Assembly (NCBI RefSeq): GCF_964204645.1
Contig: NC_134029.1
Coordinates: forward strand, 4,154,001-4,218,000
From: Tubulanus polymorphus
Taxonomy: Eukaryota > Animalia > Nemertea
Direction: 5' to 3'
DNA length: 64,000 nucleotides
Made by a program: the position numbers and the translations under genes. Under the pieces are notes generated by a model that was not told the origin of the DNA, did not search any database, and saw only the letters and a program-made list of their open reading frames with translations. Positions 29,501 through 48,493 of this stretch are shown here, one piece after another (within the stretch, counting starts at the first letter, position 1; each line of letters begins with the position of its first letter).

Positions 29501-32500
29501 ACTTTTATACATTTAGGGAATCAGTCATTTGCATTTGAAAGAAAAGCATGTGTGCTCTGTATTAAAGGTGAAGGTCACGGCCTTGTGTTTCGTTATTCAG
29601 CTTATTGATATATTATTTGTAAATTTTACATTAAAAAACTCGAATAAAAAATTGTTAGCAAAAATCGCGTGAAATGCTCCGTGTTGAAATAGGTGTAGAT
29701 TGTGCGTAGTTAAGGCTGCTATTTTAGAACGTATAGAGCATTGTTTAATGTGGATTTAAATGAGAAGAGGCATTTTCAAAAAACCGATCAAGCTTCGCGT
29801 AGGGGAAGTGCTCCGCTGTAGTGGGCCTTCGCGGTGAAATGTTTCGGCAAAAAATGTAAATGGTTGATTGTTGTTGAAATTTGTATACTATAATCGTGTT
29901 TTTATTTTCTACTATCGGTACGTCGGTTGATCCACTACCTTAGATATGTGCCCGTCGAAAGCCTAAAATCACTAATTGGGTCTGATCAAAGCAGGGAGTC
30001 AAAGAGATAGGACGATTGCGAGTCTTCGAGCGATTTATTGCCCGTCTCTGTTTTGAAAGGATTTCAGTCACGCGTGCACTCATCGCGCATTTCGTGGAGT
30101 CAGTATATATTTATGCCGACCTCACTTCGCTTGGTGTCTACCTTTTTATGGTCTCTAGTCAAATGCTTGTTCGCACATTCATCAGATAGGCCAGCCAGCA
30201 GCAAAATACATATATTAATAGGGGCGAAAAACAGAATGAGAGATTCCAATTATGTGCATCACATCTTCGGTGATTGATGTACAGTAATTTGTATGCATGC
30301 AAATAACGTTTTATCATTATTGATTGTTCGAAATTTTATTTTCTTCATTTTTCGACGTGATTGTCAACTGGGTTGGGTTGTATACGAATTATTTTTCTAC
30401 CGGCTGCATTGTTGCAAATAATTCTTGATTGTTGAGTTTTTTAATCGGAAGTACGTACGCAATTTCAAGAAAAAAAAACGAAAGAAATTGTCGAATACGA
30501 GTGCTAATTCGTCAACGATTCTAATATCTCTTCGGAAGTTTTTTGGTTGATATCGTTTTGGCCGTCATTCCAAAAATTGTTTTCTGGACGTAAGCTTACT
30601 AATCATAATCGGACTAATAGCTGAAATACGAAATCTTGTTGCAATACTCGCACTCCAATCGTGGAAATGTTTATACTAATCAAAATCATGCATGGGAAAA
30701 AAGATGGCTATAAATCTTGTACTAAGAATGAAACGAAAGTTGCGCTTCGTATCACAAAAATATCCGTCGTGGTTATTTTGAAAAACGCCAATTGAAACTG
30801 ATTATAATAATAATAACGAATAGTAATAATAATAATAATAATCATTATAACTATATCTGAACATGGATGATTACTGCTAATCTCTAGTATAATATATCAT
30901 AATTATTATTATTCTATGTGAAACAGGAACCTTCCTTCCATTTTCATATCGAACAACAGAAAGGTGCTACTCTACATAACCGTTGTTATACCACCAGTAG
31001 TTGCCTTCTGTCCAAAAAAGCTGAGAACGGGGAACACGTCTTTTCTATCATCGGCGACGAGTACCGGGTTGTCAGTCACATGGCAGCCATTTTTGAAAGT
31101 CAAAAGCGAACTGCAGTTCTGGGGAATAAGAATTGAATTTTATCCCATTGCCGAATCTTGATTTGTTGTCCCTTGTGCGACTTATACTGATGAAAAATTA
31201 GCTTAGCGGTTTTTTTTCTAATTATTGAACAAACATTCTAATCATATACAGACCTTGGTTCTTATTTATAGAATGTAACATCATCTTCCTTAGAATACTT
31301 AGCAATTATATTTGTTATTACCATTTTCTCATTATATACGGTATTAGATATTTTCTGGTGGTGGACTTAATTATTAGTTAGTTAGGTACTGGAATATATA
31401 TCATATTATCAGCTTTTTAAAAAGAAATACATTAAAATTATTGGCCTCTTCTAACGAACCTGGAAATCGATATTGTTTCTCAGTTATTGCTGTTATTTTT
31501 TAAAATACGAAGAAGATGAATACTGACTAGTTTGAAATAGATTTAATTTATTCCGTTTTTTGTTTACCATTTTATTTATGTTAGATTTAGATGTTATTCT
31601 GTATTTTGAGCACACGTTGTTTTGTTAGTAAATGTACAGTAAAAATGAGCACAGAAGCTGCCACGCTCTGACACTAGCGAGCACCTTATTGTAACGTCTA
31701 TCGTAGCAAGGTCGATATATCATACTAAAAAACGAATGTTCAGCCCATCTTAGTACAATTTATTCATGTTAATCTGAAATGTTTGTGAGAAAATTCTTCT
31801 CGCTTTTTCTCATGTTTGTGCCATTTATAATACTCTCTTCTAGTGAAATGGTAAATTGTACCTACGTAGTTACTTCTGATGCAAACTTACCGCACTGACT
31901 GTCACCTGTTGTCGTAGGAACAGTTAAAAAAGAAATATGCATTAAAAACATGCTACGTATAATATATGCGCCTATTTAAATAGCTGTAATATCGAGCAGA
32001 ATGTGCGCTGTAAGCCGGGCGTGTATTTGTGTACAGTTTACAAATTCGTTATATTTCTAGTTAAAAAAATTGTAATCATTACACGCATTTGAATACTAAT
32101 GTTCTTGATATGAAATGTATCGGTTTTCGCTGAAAGGGTAGTAATTCGTGTCCCGTGTTCCTTCCAAGAATATTATCGTGTTTATACATCGCAGCCCGAC
32201 AAAAGACACCGACGTAAGCATGAATTAGATAGTTGGCCTTGATACTTTAGCGGTTTGTTGATGATAAGAATTGATCTCCTTTGTCGCCTTACATATAAAA
32301 TATTAACCTACATATATATGTATATATATATAATATGATATAACCTCTGTTAAACTGATAAAATTCATATATTATGATGATTATGTGTTGTTAATATGCA
32401 ACCTAACACTGTCCAAAGATTTTTAAACTTTCGACTAGTATTGACTGATTATATCATTCTGTAGCTCAATAAGCGCGAGTTTGAAAACCGATGGCTTCAT

Positions 32501-35500
32501 TCTATGCCTCGTCATGCGTATGGTTCATCTCGTCGAAAGTAAAACTAAGACTATCGAACAATCGGAAACGCGAGTTCGTCTCGTCATTTATAGTCATTTG
32601 AAGTTTGAAAAAAAAGATAAACTGAAAACGTTGCTTTTACAATTGCAGGAGCTTTTGTCAGGCGTAATCAGACTTATAAGAATTCCTGTTGATTTTGTAT
32701 CTCAATGACACGCGTAAGATATGATTATATATGTTTAGAAGGAGCAATATTTGGCATTGTTGAATTCATATATTGTGTATCTCTAATAACGACGGAAGTA
32801 TTTTATAGTACTACATTGCCTTGTATGTTAGTGTCTCGTGTGAGTGTTTGTTGTTTAAGGTATCAGTGGCGCTGCACATTTGCTGTAGTTTCTAGCGTAG
32901 AGAATAAACGTACGTATCAAACATTAAATATTTTATATTAGAAAAAATACAATAATGTACTTAGAGACCTCAATGACATTAGCTTTTTTTTCGCACGTGC
33001 GAAAACGACATGGAAAATGTTCGAATTTTTATGTCAACGACTATCGCGGAAAGATAAACGGTTTTGACGAAAGTAATAATCGCGATCGAGAGGCATTTAT
33101 TTTTTCGTCATCAAAATTAAAAAGATCATCCATCGCCCTACCTTCTGTCTATCGGGAGTTGTACTGAACAATTTTTAACAAAGTTTCATTTTTATATGAG
33201 CTAGATTTTTTCGTTGGTAATTTTTCGCGGGGCCGCTTGAATTGTATCGGGTTTCCGTTTTAAGTTCTTGTTATTCGAAATCGTTTTATCGATGGTTATT
33301 TTTACCGAAACAGTTGTCTTTTCTTGTCCAGTTTTTGGGATGAAATTTTGTGCGTTGAAACGAAGGAACGGTCAATTTTTTCGAAGCGTAGTTAGTAGTA
33401 GCGAGTATGCAAGCAAAACGTTGAATAATAATCACTGTGAAAATCCGGTACGAAGAAGGAAAATTCATCTCCCGCCATCAATTTATTGTTTTTGTGACAA
33501 CTGAGGTAGTTAAGTTAATTTGTATATTGGAACTTCGATGCAGAACAATCAAGATTTTAATGTTCTTTAGATGTGTAGACGTCGGAATTCTCTGCACTAA
33601 GAAAATAAAAGTTGCTAAGTTGACGTCGACAGTCGTTTTCTGTCCAGTTCATATTATTATTGTTTGGTATTAAATATTTAGTGTTCACGATGCATTATTT
33701 CTAATTTTAATAGCTTACTTTTCTGCATGTGTGTATATCATATGAGTTTTTTTGTAGTATGTATATCTTATCCTTTGACTATTTAAATGTTAAGTTTTTT
33801 AAAACTCATGGGTTATTATAAAAAAAGAGAATTGTATGAATTTTGTTACGAATTTAGTACCGAGTATGGTGTTTACCTGTCAGGAAGTATCTCTCGTATG
33901 CATATTACATTCTTGTATTCATCGAGGAACCAAACCTTTTTTTGAAATGGCATCTCTGCTTGTTTGCAAACCTGGAAACAAGTGTTCACCAATATGTATA
34001 TGAATATATGAATACATTAGGTATTATATATACTGGATTTTTTCTTTTTCGCCAATTCCATCATGTAAAACCCTTTTTTATATAATTCGCTGAAGACCTG
34101 GGTTGGAATAAGGTTAAGACACATAGGAACTGAAAAACTTTTTGTATACGGACCAGGGGAAATTGGCTCATCAGTGGTTGGCTTGAATATCGAGTCATAA
34201 TTTGACTATGGTTTCGTTGACGATCGCTCTGTGTTTCCATTATTGTTTTTTAAAAAAGATGAAATAGTAAAGAAGTTTACCAGAATAGTCGCCATGTCGG
34301 TTGCTATGCTGAAGCAGTTGCCATGGCAACTATGTTGTTTGTTACACTTGCCGACCAAATGGTGCCATAAATTCTCCTGACATTCCATAGTATTTTTAAT
34401 CGAATGTTGATACTCGTAAAGTAAAAAATAAAAACCAGTTGAAAATTTGTTGTTAGATTCTGTCTCGATCTTTGCTATATATACGTACATGTTTTGGGTG
34501 GGGTGGATAATGGCCGATAGAAGGTGTAAACCACTGATGAGCGTTTATCAAACTTTCATGGGGGGAATCCAATGTGCTCGATGTCCAACCCATGTTTAGT
34601 CAGCATTTTATATTTGCATTTATCTCTTGTCTACCAAATTGACTGTATCAGTTGTCTTTAAGGCGCATAAAAATTGATTTAACTATAATCGTTGAGATGA
34701 TTATGTTATTATTAAACGCATAATTTTGATGATAATGAACCAACAAACTTTTATGATGCATGAATCTCTCTAATCGGCAATAAATCATGGAATCTTTGTT
34801 GAAGAAAATCGTTGAGGGTATTAATTAATATTTGTCTTTTTACCAACTACAAATACTGCCCTGTAGAATAATTTCTTGTGTTCAGTCTGATTAGAGTTAA
34901 CACTTTATTTCTTGAATATTAAAGGCATTTAGATATCCATTCATCGAAATCACTAGAATTTCATTTCAATAAGCGTGAACTGAACGACATATTCTGGTAA
35001 AAAGCTAACAACGCTGAATCATTCGAGATTTCTGAGAATCATGGTTAATCATATTCTACAATGTGAGTATACCAGAGATAGCTTTGATGAAGTAGAATCA
35101 ATGAACGCATTTATGGACGTTATTTTGAACACTCGTTTCAAATGTCAATTCGAAAGGTCGCGTAATCAGTGAATCTAGATCAGAACTTTGAAACGGTGTT
35201 CGTAATAAATTGCTGATTCACGTCACATTCATACATGAAAAGGTCATCAGCAAATTGGTCAGTTACATGGAAGCGCATTACTCAAATGAACTTTGTAGAT
35301 GATCCTATCACGAATATCATCATTGTACTAGGCAAAATTGAATATCTACCAATTTTAATTCAATTGCTATCTCGTGCATCTACTGTATGAGTTAAGTTAC
35401 TTGGGCAGGTGGCTCTTTTAATGGCCATAAAGAGCCGATTGTTAGTAAATGTAGGTCAGCTTTAGTCTGTTTTCTTTGCACAAAGAGATTCTGAATACAT

Positions 35501-35614
35501 ATATTGTTGCCTGGCCAACTAAATGATGTAGGCGCCAGATATATTCATTCTTCAAATAATTATGTTCATCAGTTTAATGAATCCTTCTGAACGTGCCTTG
35601 ATGTTTGATCAATA

Positions 35615-35775
35615 CCGTGAAGCTCGTTACAACGAACATCAGGGGCCCAGAAAATCTGCTCGTTAAAACCAATAATTTGTTGTGACCAGCGTGAAATTCA
35701 TCAAATTGTGTTATTTGGGACGAAATTCTCAGTTCAAATTGTTTTATCCGAGTTCGTTATAACGAGATTTCACTG
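35615..35775. mobile_element. Tc1/mariner-pogo-like MITE with TA TSD
   Basis: Left end CCGTGAAGCTCGTTACAACGAAC; right end GTTCGTTATAACGAGATTTCACTG (imperfect TIR); TA on both sides. Confidence 0.75.
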
Positions 35776-38771
35776 TAGATATTTCCACATAATTCAACTG
35801 GTATGATTAAAATTCTTTCATTGAACATCTCAACACTTGATTATCAAGTTAGCGTGCTTTGCTAAATTAAAAATGTGAATTCGAGATTTCGAATCGCTTT
35901 CACAAAAGTGCGCTGGTTCTGTCTCTATCATATTCCTCGAAATACAGAAATCCCATTCGCATTAAAATGCCGGCATGGTTCAAGAGTATTGTTTCGGTTT
36001 ATCGTTTTGTGTGTTTCTGTGGTGATGGTTAGTTTGTTTTGTTTGTTAAGTTGTTTGGTATTCGATGTTTATACACATCTATATTTCAATATATGAATAT
36101 ATATGTATATGTTACATATATCTATATAAAATGTGTATTGTTTGATGAGTAAAATATGTCCTGTTGTGTAGATCTTACTTACCGATAGTTTGTCTTAATT
36201 GTTAACAGCCGATATCACATAAATATGTTTTGGACCATACTGAAATTTCACGGGGTACTTAGCCTTGAAGGTAAAGCCTACGAACGTATATAATGTATTT
36301 ATATATTAAAATTTGTTGTTTTTATTTCATAATGATAATTGATATTATTATTATTAAATTCCTATGTTTGATTTGAGAACGGTTTTTAAAATAAATTCTG
36401 GTAATAAAATATAATATGATAAAATGCCAATAAATAGCGAAATCATTATTGAAAAAAATTGATCAAAACTTCAGTTATTCTTTTACAAGGATAAAGTTTC
36501 AAATAGCTTCAAATTCAACCCATTATATGCATGTGCCTTGTTCTGAAAACTGCTGTTAAGTTGAAACTGCTGTTTGGTGATTTTTGTACAGCAATAATTA
36601 CGGAAACATTCTTAGATTTGACAGCATTCATTTAAAGATCAGATAAGAATTTGCTAATAGAGGACTTAAGGCGGATTTAGCATGGTCAAAAAGCATATCG
36701 TCAATAGCTTTGCCAGAAAATGTTTGTCAAGACAAAATTTGTGTCGTACTTAGAACTCCAGTACTGCCTGTCAAAAATTGTTTCTGATGTAATTTGTGTT
36801 TTTATATGTGCGTCGAAATTGTCTCAAGTTTTTTGTCGAGTTTTTCACGTAGAGCAATACTCTTGAACCGGCGTAAATTCTTTGTTCAAGCAACTCCTAA
36901 TCACATTACCGCGCCCGCTATTGTGTTAAAAGATTCACCGGGATATTTATATGTTTCAGTCGCAGCATTCATTTTTATCACTAGAGAAATCGCTTATATT
37001 CCGCCAATCAGAATCACGATTGTCGACTTTTTCTGTGTCGCTTTGATCGCATGTAATGGCTGTCAGATTTGATGACTACTCTTTTGTCCTCGCGAACTGA
37101 CTGTTCTTCAAAGTCATCACATAGTCTGATGTCATTAGAAACTAAAGAAACATTTTTACTAATTCTTACTCCTTTTTCACTTATGATCGAGTTTTGATAA
37201 AGTTTAACATGAATGCTGATGATAACTGAAAACCCTTTCATGCATTATCTCTTAGATATATTTTCTCTATATTTATGTACGGTATTAGGTTGATAGAATA
37301 TTGATTCGTTGTTAGTTTCAAATTTATTAGGTTTTACTCAATTTTTTTGGCACGAAAAACTGTATATCGTCGATAATAATTATATAATGTACAGATGCAA
37401 TTTGTAGAGATGCTCACACACAGTACTTACTGATTTATTAGTAGTAAAAACGAGAATTACCAACCACACGTCCAGAATATCCCTCGCTTGCCAGGGCGAG
37501 AATTTGGCCAGGCGACTGATGAAGAAGATGTCCTAGAAATTCCTACCCTGGTAATCGAGACGGCCTAGCGGGCATGGATAATTGCTCATCTGTACAAATG
37601 GTTCCCTGTACTATCTTCCAACTACAAATGACATGATGTATTGTTTGAATTTGATCTCTTTTTATGGATCATTTTAAATTTTTTCAATGTTACTTTATAT
37701 ATGCATTCATTCTGACAGATTACACAGGAATGTATGACTTTATGTATAGCATCTTTTCCACAATGCGAGGTTTTTGTTATATTATTATTATGAATAAAAA
37801 AAACAGTGTCCGTATGTGGATTGTATTCAATAAAAGTATTTTGTTTGCTGTAATTCTGTGTCGTTTTGTTATTCTTATGAGGATTGTTTCGTGTTCAAAT
37901 ATCAAATTTACATTTACAAATCATCGAGCAAGAATTGAGGACATTTTCCAAAAATGAGGATACAAATGACCATATCCTATTCAAATGAACTGGCAGTTTA
38001 CCAGAGCAAGGAAAACCCTTTTTCCCAGAGGAAGAATCAATAATCGGCTTTAACTCCCGAGTTCCACAGATATCGTATTTGCATATAATACTCCGCAAGA
38101 TTATGTAAGATGATACCAGTTGTACTGGTATATATTTAGAGGATAGTAACTGTGAAGTGGACAAAATCCATTTAGCCTGTAAGAATAGCATGCGTGCTCG
38201 CTGTGGACAAAACATGCCAACAATCCACTTTGAGCCCCAGTTATCAAGGTTCAACATCTCAAACAGACAATAATAGCATGTGCCTAGATTATAACGATGA
38301 TTCACCACCAGGCTTCCACATGCATATGACACTATTGTCACGATGATCCTTTGTTGTTGTAGTTTCACATTTCTCCACTAGATGATGCTCGGCATCAAAG
38401 AGGTCTAAAATCACAAATTAACTGCTGAAGAGATGGTTTTTTTGTGAGATAAATAATGTATTTGTATTTACAAGAGGTAATTGGACAATTCAAGATACTA
38501 GCACCAGCTTACGTTTATAAACAGCGAATTAAAGTGACAAATCAAAATTCTTCACAGATTATTTACTAAATAATCAACCAGAGAGTACATTGATTTCTTA
38601 TATAAAATGCCATTGGAATCATATAAAAACATACTTAAGCAAAATATATCCTTCTCCTCTGGAACCATCGAACACTTGTCAGAATGATTCAATACGTTTG
38701 TTCATCATGGAATGATTTAAAGCATCATCTAATCATTACTGAAGCATAATCTAAGCATAATCATTGGACTA

Positions 38772-40389
38772 TTATAGTCCGTTTGTGTAAAATTTCAAAA
38801 GTTCTTTACTGAATTTGTGCAATGGAAATCCCATTACGTTGAAATAATCACCGTGTATTCCTTCAACTAGTGTTCCTCCTATAGCCTGAATACCATAACC
38901 ACCAGCTTTATCCCTGAAAGATATTTTCAACTAGATATCTTAAAGTCTTTAAACTAAAATACACAATTGAACAATTCATTTCGCAGGACTTACATAGGTT
39001 CACCGGTATCTATGTATGCGTTGATGACATCAGATGACATTTCAGTCATTCTAACTTCAGTTCCTTCGTGAAATAGTTTAACATGAAATTCTTCACCATC
39101 CGAAAACTTTGGTTTCACGAGGCATATACCTGTATAAACTGTATGATTTCGTCCACTGAACCTAAGATAAATCATAATTAGATGATTGAAGATTGAAAAA
39201 TAAGATTCGAATTCATTGCAAAACATTGGTGAACTTCAACATGAAGTGACAAATTTTGGCTATGACTTATAAGATTTTGAGGACCGTTTTTAAAGAAATG
39301 TTTTCATTTTAAAATTTGGAGAAAATGAGCAGGGTTAGGCCTACATACGAGATGGCACGACATACCTTATGAAAATTAAATCATTCAATGACATTTAAAA
39401 TGGATTTTAGGCTCCCAAGTAAATATCAAACAAGTCATCAAATAGATAAAAAATTTCCCTAGTACCGGTTGTCTACTTTTTCACTTAAAATTTCACAGAA
39501 TCCTCACATGGTAAGCGCTGGTACCTCATTCAAGATTTGATATGAAATACCATCATGGTTGAATGTGTGTTTGTGTACATTTAAGGTGTTTACTTACTTC
39601 GACAACATTTTGAATGCATCTTGCTTGTCTTTTGGTTTCTCATAAATTACACCATCTAATGTAACGATAGTGTCTGCTCCAATTATCAAATCTGGAGGTC
39701 GCTTAAACGAGAAAAAATACTCACTGAATCATGAGGAGCAGCCCACAAATAGGCAATATCTCGACAATTATATGTTTCGGACTTATTTACCGAATCAGAA
39801 GCAAGCTTGCGGGCAATTTCTAGAGTTTTGTGACGAGCGGTTTCCTTCACGTAATCGGCCGGATGGTCAAATGAACCTTTATCCAAATCTTCCAAAAATG
39901 TTGATGGTACAACCTCAAATTTCAATCCCTGAAAAGAAAAAAATCATTGCCTGCAATTAAGGAAGAATATTGCCGTATGATCACCATTAGTGGCTAATTA
40001 TTAATTGATCGGGAGTAGTCTCAATATTTGGCATAAAAAGTAGCCAGTGAATTAGTCTGAATTGAATACCAGTCAGTCGTTGTTACCGGTTCCGAACGAC
40101 GGCTAGGTACTAGACTACCAGCGAATGAAATAAAATGATAATACTTCTCAATCAAAAACATTTTTGCACATATTTGATTTACTTCAGTCTAAAGAGAGTA
40201 ATTAAAATCGTTTAATAAATACCGGTGGCAGGCAGTAAGGAACAATATAATTCAATTTTGATTTGAGTTTATTAACTAAAGAAACTACGAATTCCTTACG
40301 ATATTTTCTAAAATCAGTTTCCTACGAGGGGACCCGCTGGCTAGAATTATTCTCTGGGTTGATAGGACGTTTGATATTTGCTGTAACAT
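38772..40389 (-). CDS. Stand-alone Maf-family dTTP/UTP pyrophosphatase (ASMTL N-terminal domain-like)
   Basis: Exons 40389-40300, 39928-39791, 39701-39598, 39161-38994, 38913-38772 (TAA). Peptides: [62 protein letters not shown]. Confidence 0.92.
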
Positions 40390-41045
40390 GGTTGTCATCT
40401 GTTAAAACCAGTTGGAAATAACTTTGAATCGGCCGGTTCATCAGCCAGAAAGGGACATCCAGCATCGGGTGGGTCAGAGTGGTCCCGACTCTGGAGAGTT
40501 TACTGCTCCCCAACTTGGATTCAACTCGATTTGTGTCAAACTCCCGATTCGGGAAACCTGATATACGCGCGACTGAAAATATTTGACGAAGCGTCGAGCA
40601 TCTTTTTATCGTTAATTTTAGTAAAACCTACTTATTCCTTCAATTATTCGTTACTATATTTTTTTTTAATAAATCAGAGGAAATGGAACACAAATATATT
40701 TACTCAGATTTTGAGTTTTAATAGAATGTTCCCAATTGTAAAGTGGCTGTCGGTTCGCTAGCACGGTTTGGTCTAACTGTTAATCCTTCCAAAAAATGAA
40801 TTAGTGCTAAAAGTCACGTAAATAAATCAAACTTTTGACCTCTTTCTATTTGTCATTTGATTAGATTTCACACTATTGACCAACAATAAGGTACGTTTCA
40901 AGAAGAATAAAGCCTAAGATGGCCCACTTTCCGTTTATTTATCCTGCAGTGCAACTCTAAACGAGGAAGTATTTCGTTTTTTTTTTGAAGCAAGGATCAC
41001 TCTCCTCCAACTGGCCTGGCAGCAGGGTTGTTGTTTGAGTCGTGA

Positions 41046-46342
<5,297 letters not shown>

Positions 46343-47619
46343 ATTAGATAGAATGTTATAATTTTATAGAGAAATTGGTTTTAATCAAACGCATTTTTGC
46401 GCTTTATTTATTTCGATGATATTGGTCAAACCAGATTCATGTATATTAGATGTGTACCATCTTTGAAATAGTGGAACTTGTATTTAGAATAAAATGTGCT
46501 CAAAATCGGAAATACAGAAATACTGTACTTAGTCAGACAATCAGGCAATGGCTGCATTTTCAAAGTAACGTCTTTCTAATTCCATTCCATTTGTGGAATT
46601 GATAAACTTTTCTGATGTAAATGTTTCTACCTCTTCTGATTCAGAATCAGCCATGATATTGATTTCTTAATTTGATTGACTAAAACATCTGGAACGTGCT
46701 TTGAGAAAATGCCTGTATTGTAAAGTCTGCCTGTTTGTTTGTTAAATCATGATGTTCATGACTACTGGTACTAGAAAATATGCTACGGATTTTCTTTTAC
46801 TGCAAGTGTTTTCCTTTTATTTTAATATGTCTCAAATTTCAAGAATGCTTTTCTCTTTAAATGTCCCTGCAATGTAGAGCTTTTCCTAGGAAGGTGTATA
46901 CCAGAGTTATGGGCTTAGCTGAATTGATAGCATTTCTTGTATTAAAATAAGATTGAAATTCTCTCCGTGAAGAAGGATAACTATAGCAGTAGAAAGAATG
47001 TATTTCAGTTATACCAATTTTTTGCAGTAATTTCTTATCAATCTAAAGTTGGGCCGCTTTCATTAATAAAAGAAATCAAGTACACTACCTGGTACCAGTA
47101 ATTGAAACATGAATAATCCTTGCATAGAAAAAAGTTAGTTGAAAATGTTATTATGGAAGTGAAAAATGAAATCATGTATGCGATTAAATTTTGTTGATTT
47201 GTAGGAGAATAAAAGGTATACAACCATTTGTTATTTCATGGAAATTGACGTAAGTTAGTTTGGATTTTATTTCTTTATCAGAGGATATTGAATCGTCCAT
47301 GCTGCACGTTTAAAAGAGTGTAAAACATGGTGGCACAAATTATTAGAATCAATCACGTGTGGTAGTCTGGACACCAACCATATGAGGGCAGATGCGAAGA
47401 ATGATAATAATGTAGGTAGCTGTAGCTCAAAACCAAATTGAATATGCCCCCTTTTTATACAAATCCACGAAACGGAAATCAAAGGAGCACTTCGTGATGA
47501 CCAGCTAAGTTGAAATCTGTTTGAAATCAATGTCATTATGATAATACATTTTGTATTTGAATATTTTTCGTATGACGTAAGATACGCAATGTTTGTGTAA
47601 TAGCGAAAAGCCGTATCGT

Positions 47620-47694
47620 AGTGGCTTCTCATGGGATTCGAACCCATCGCACATCTTGAAACACCCCCTTTCAACACTACTAAGCCATTGGAAC
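47620..47694 (-). pseudogene. Degenerate tRNA-like / SINE-head sequence
   Basis: Minus strand has an A-box-like TGGCTTAGTAG and a B-box within the T-arm ATGGGTTCGAATCCCAT. The acceptor stem does not pair. Confidence 0.4.
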
Positions 47695-47844
47695 ATTTCT
47701 ATGATGACATCCAATGAATGAGAGAATGTCATCTTAATTTTTTTTAATCGAAATTTTTTAATTTGAAACAGTTTCTTCGGTTGTTAATTAGTTAGTGTTA
47801 GTGAAAATGATGATGGTGATGAGGACTGATCGTTGTGAAGAAGC

Positions 47845-47923
47845 CACGTGCGTTTGTGTTCGACGCTGCCGTCACGTGACACGCCTGATATATCGGCGCA
47901 TGCGTATTGCGTTCCTTTCCCTT
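47845..47923 (+). promoter_or_regulatory. LARP1 promoter: E-boxes, NRF1-like site, pyrimidine (TCT/TOP-like) initiator
   Basis: CACGTG 47845, GTCACGTGAC 47871-47880, GCGCATGCG ~47896, TTCCTTTCCCTT 47912-47923; first donor GTAAGT at 47994; acceptor at 48295. Confidence 0.55.
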
Positions 47924-48493
47924 GTGTTAATGGCGACATGTGCCTGGCTGTAAAACGCTCGAATTCAGGCCACATTTCTGCCAGATTTAACGGGTAAGTG
48001 ACGTTAACAGTCGTTTATTTCGATATCGGAACGTTTTGCCTCGACGTCGAAAGCGTTTTTACTGTGTGGCGAGTGCGTTCAATTGAATAAAACGGTCGCA
48101 ATTTGATGGTGAAATCCTTCCTGCTGTTCGTTCCACTGCACCAGTCCGTGTGTCGATAACATCGTACTCACAACGTGGTCGCCTTATTAGTTACATATGA
48201 CCCTTAAAATAACCCCTTCACGCCACCCATAGCCACTAATAAACACATATAAACGATCAATATAATTGGTCTAATCAATAAAAATGCATTTTCAGGTTTG
48301 TAAGTTGTGTTGAAAAGTGAACATTTGTTGGAGTTCTTCATTCCAAAAAAAAGTTTTTCGCCAGATAAGAGAAGGGTTTCGAGCTGTTGCAAGCGTTATT
48401 GTGCAATCCGAGCGAATATCGTCGTAGCTATATCGCGAGAGACTACGCATCGTCGAGCGCGTGTGATTGGAGACGTTAAAACGCGGGTTCGAC

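Larger units (their letters stand above)
26015..37860 (+). other. Putative very long brat 3' UTR with multiple poly(A) signals
   Basis: No credible exons; U/UG-rich on the + strand. AATAAA at 27721, 29364, 29643, 32903, 33604, 37793 and 37829, the last followed by a GU-rich stretch. Confidence 0.5.

Noticed and set aside
47620-47694. Functional tRNA gene
   Set aside because: A and B boxes are present, but there is no pairing acceptor stem or clear anticodon arm; kept only as a degenerate tRNA-like element.
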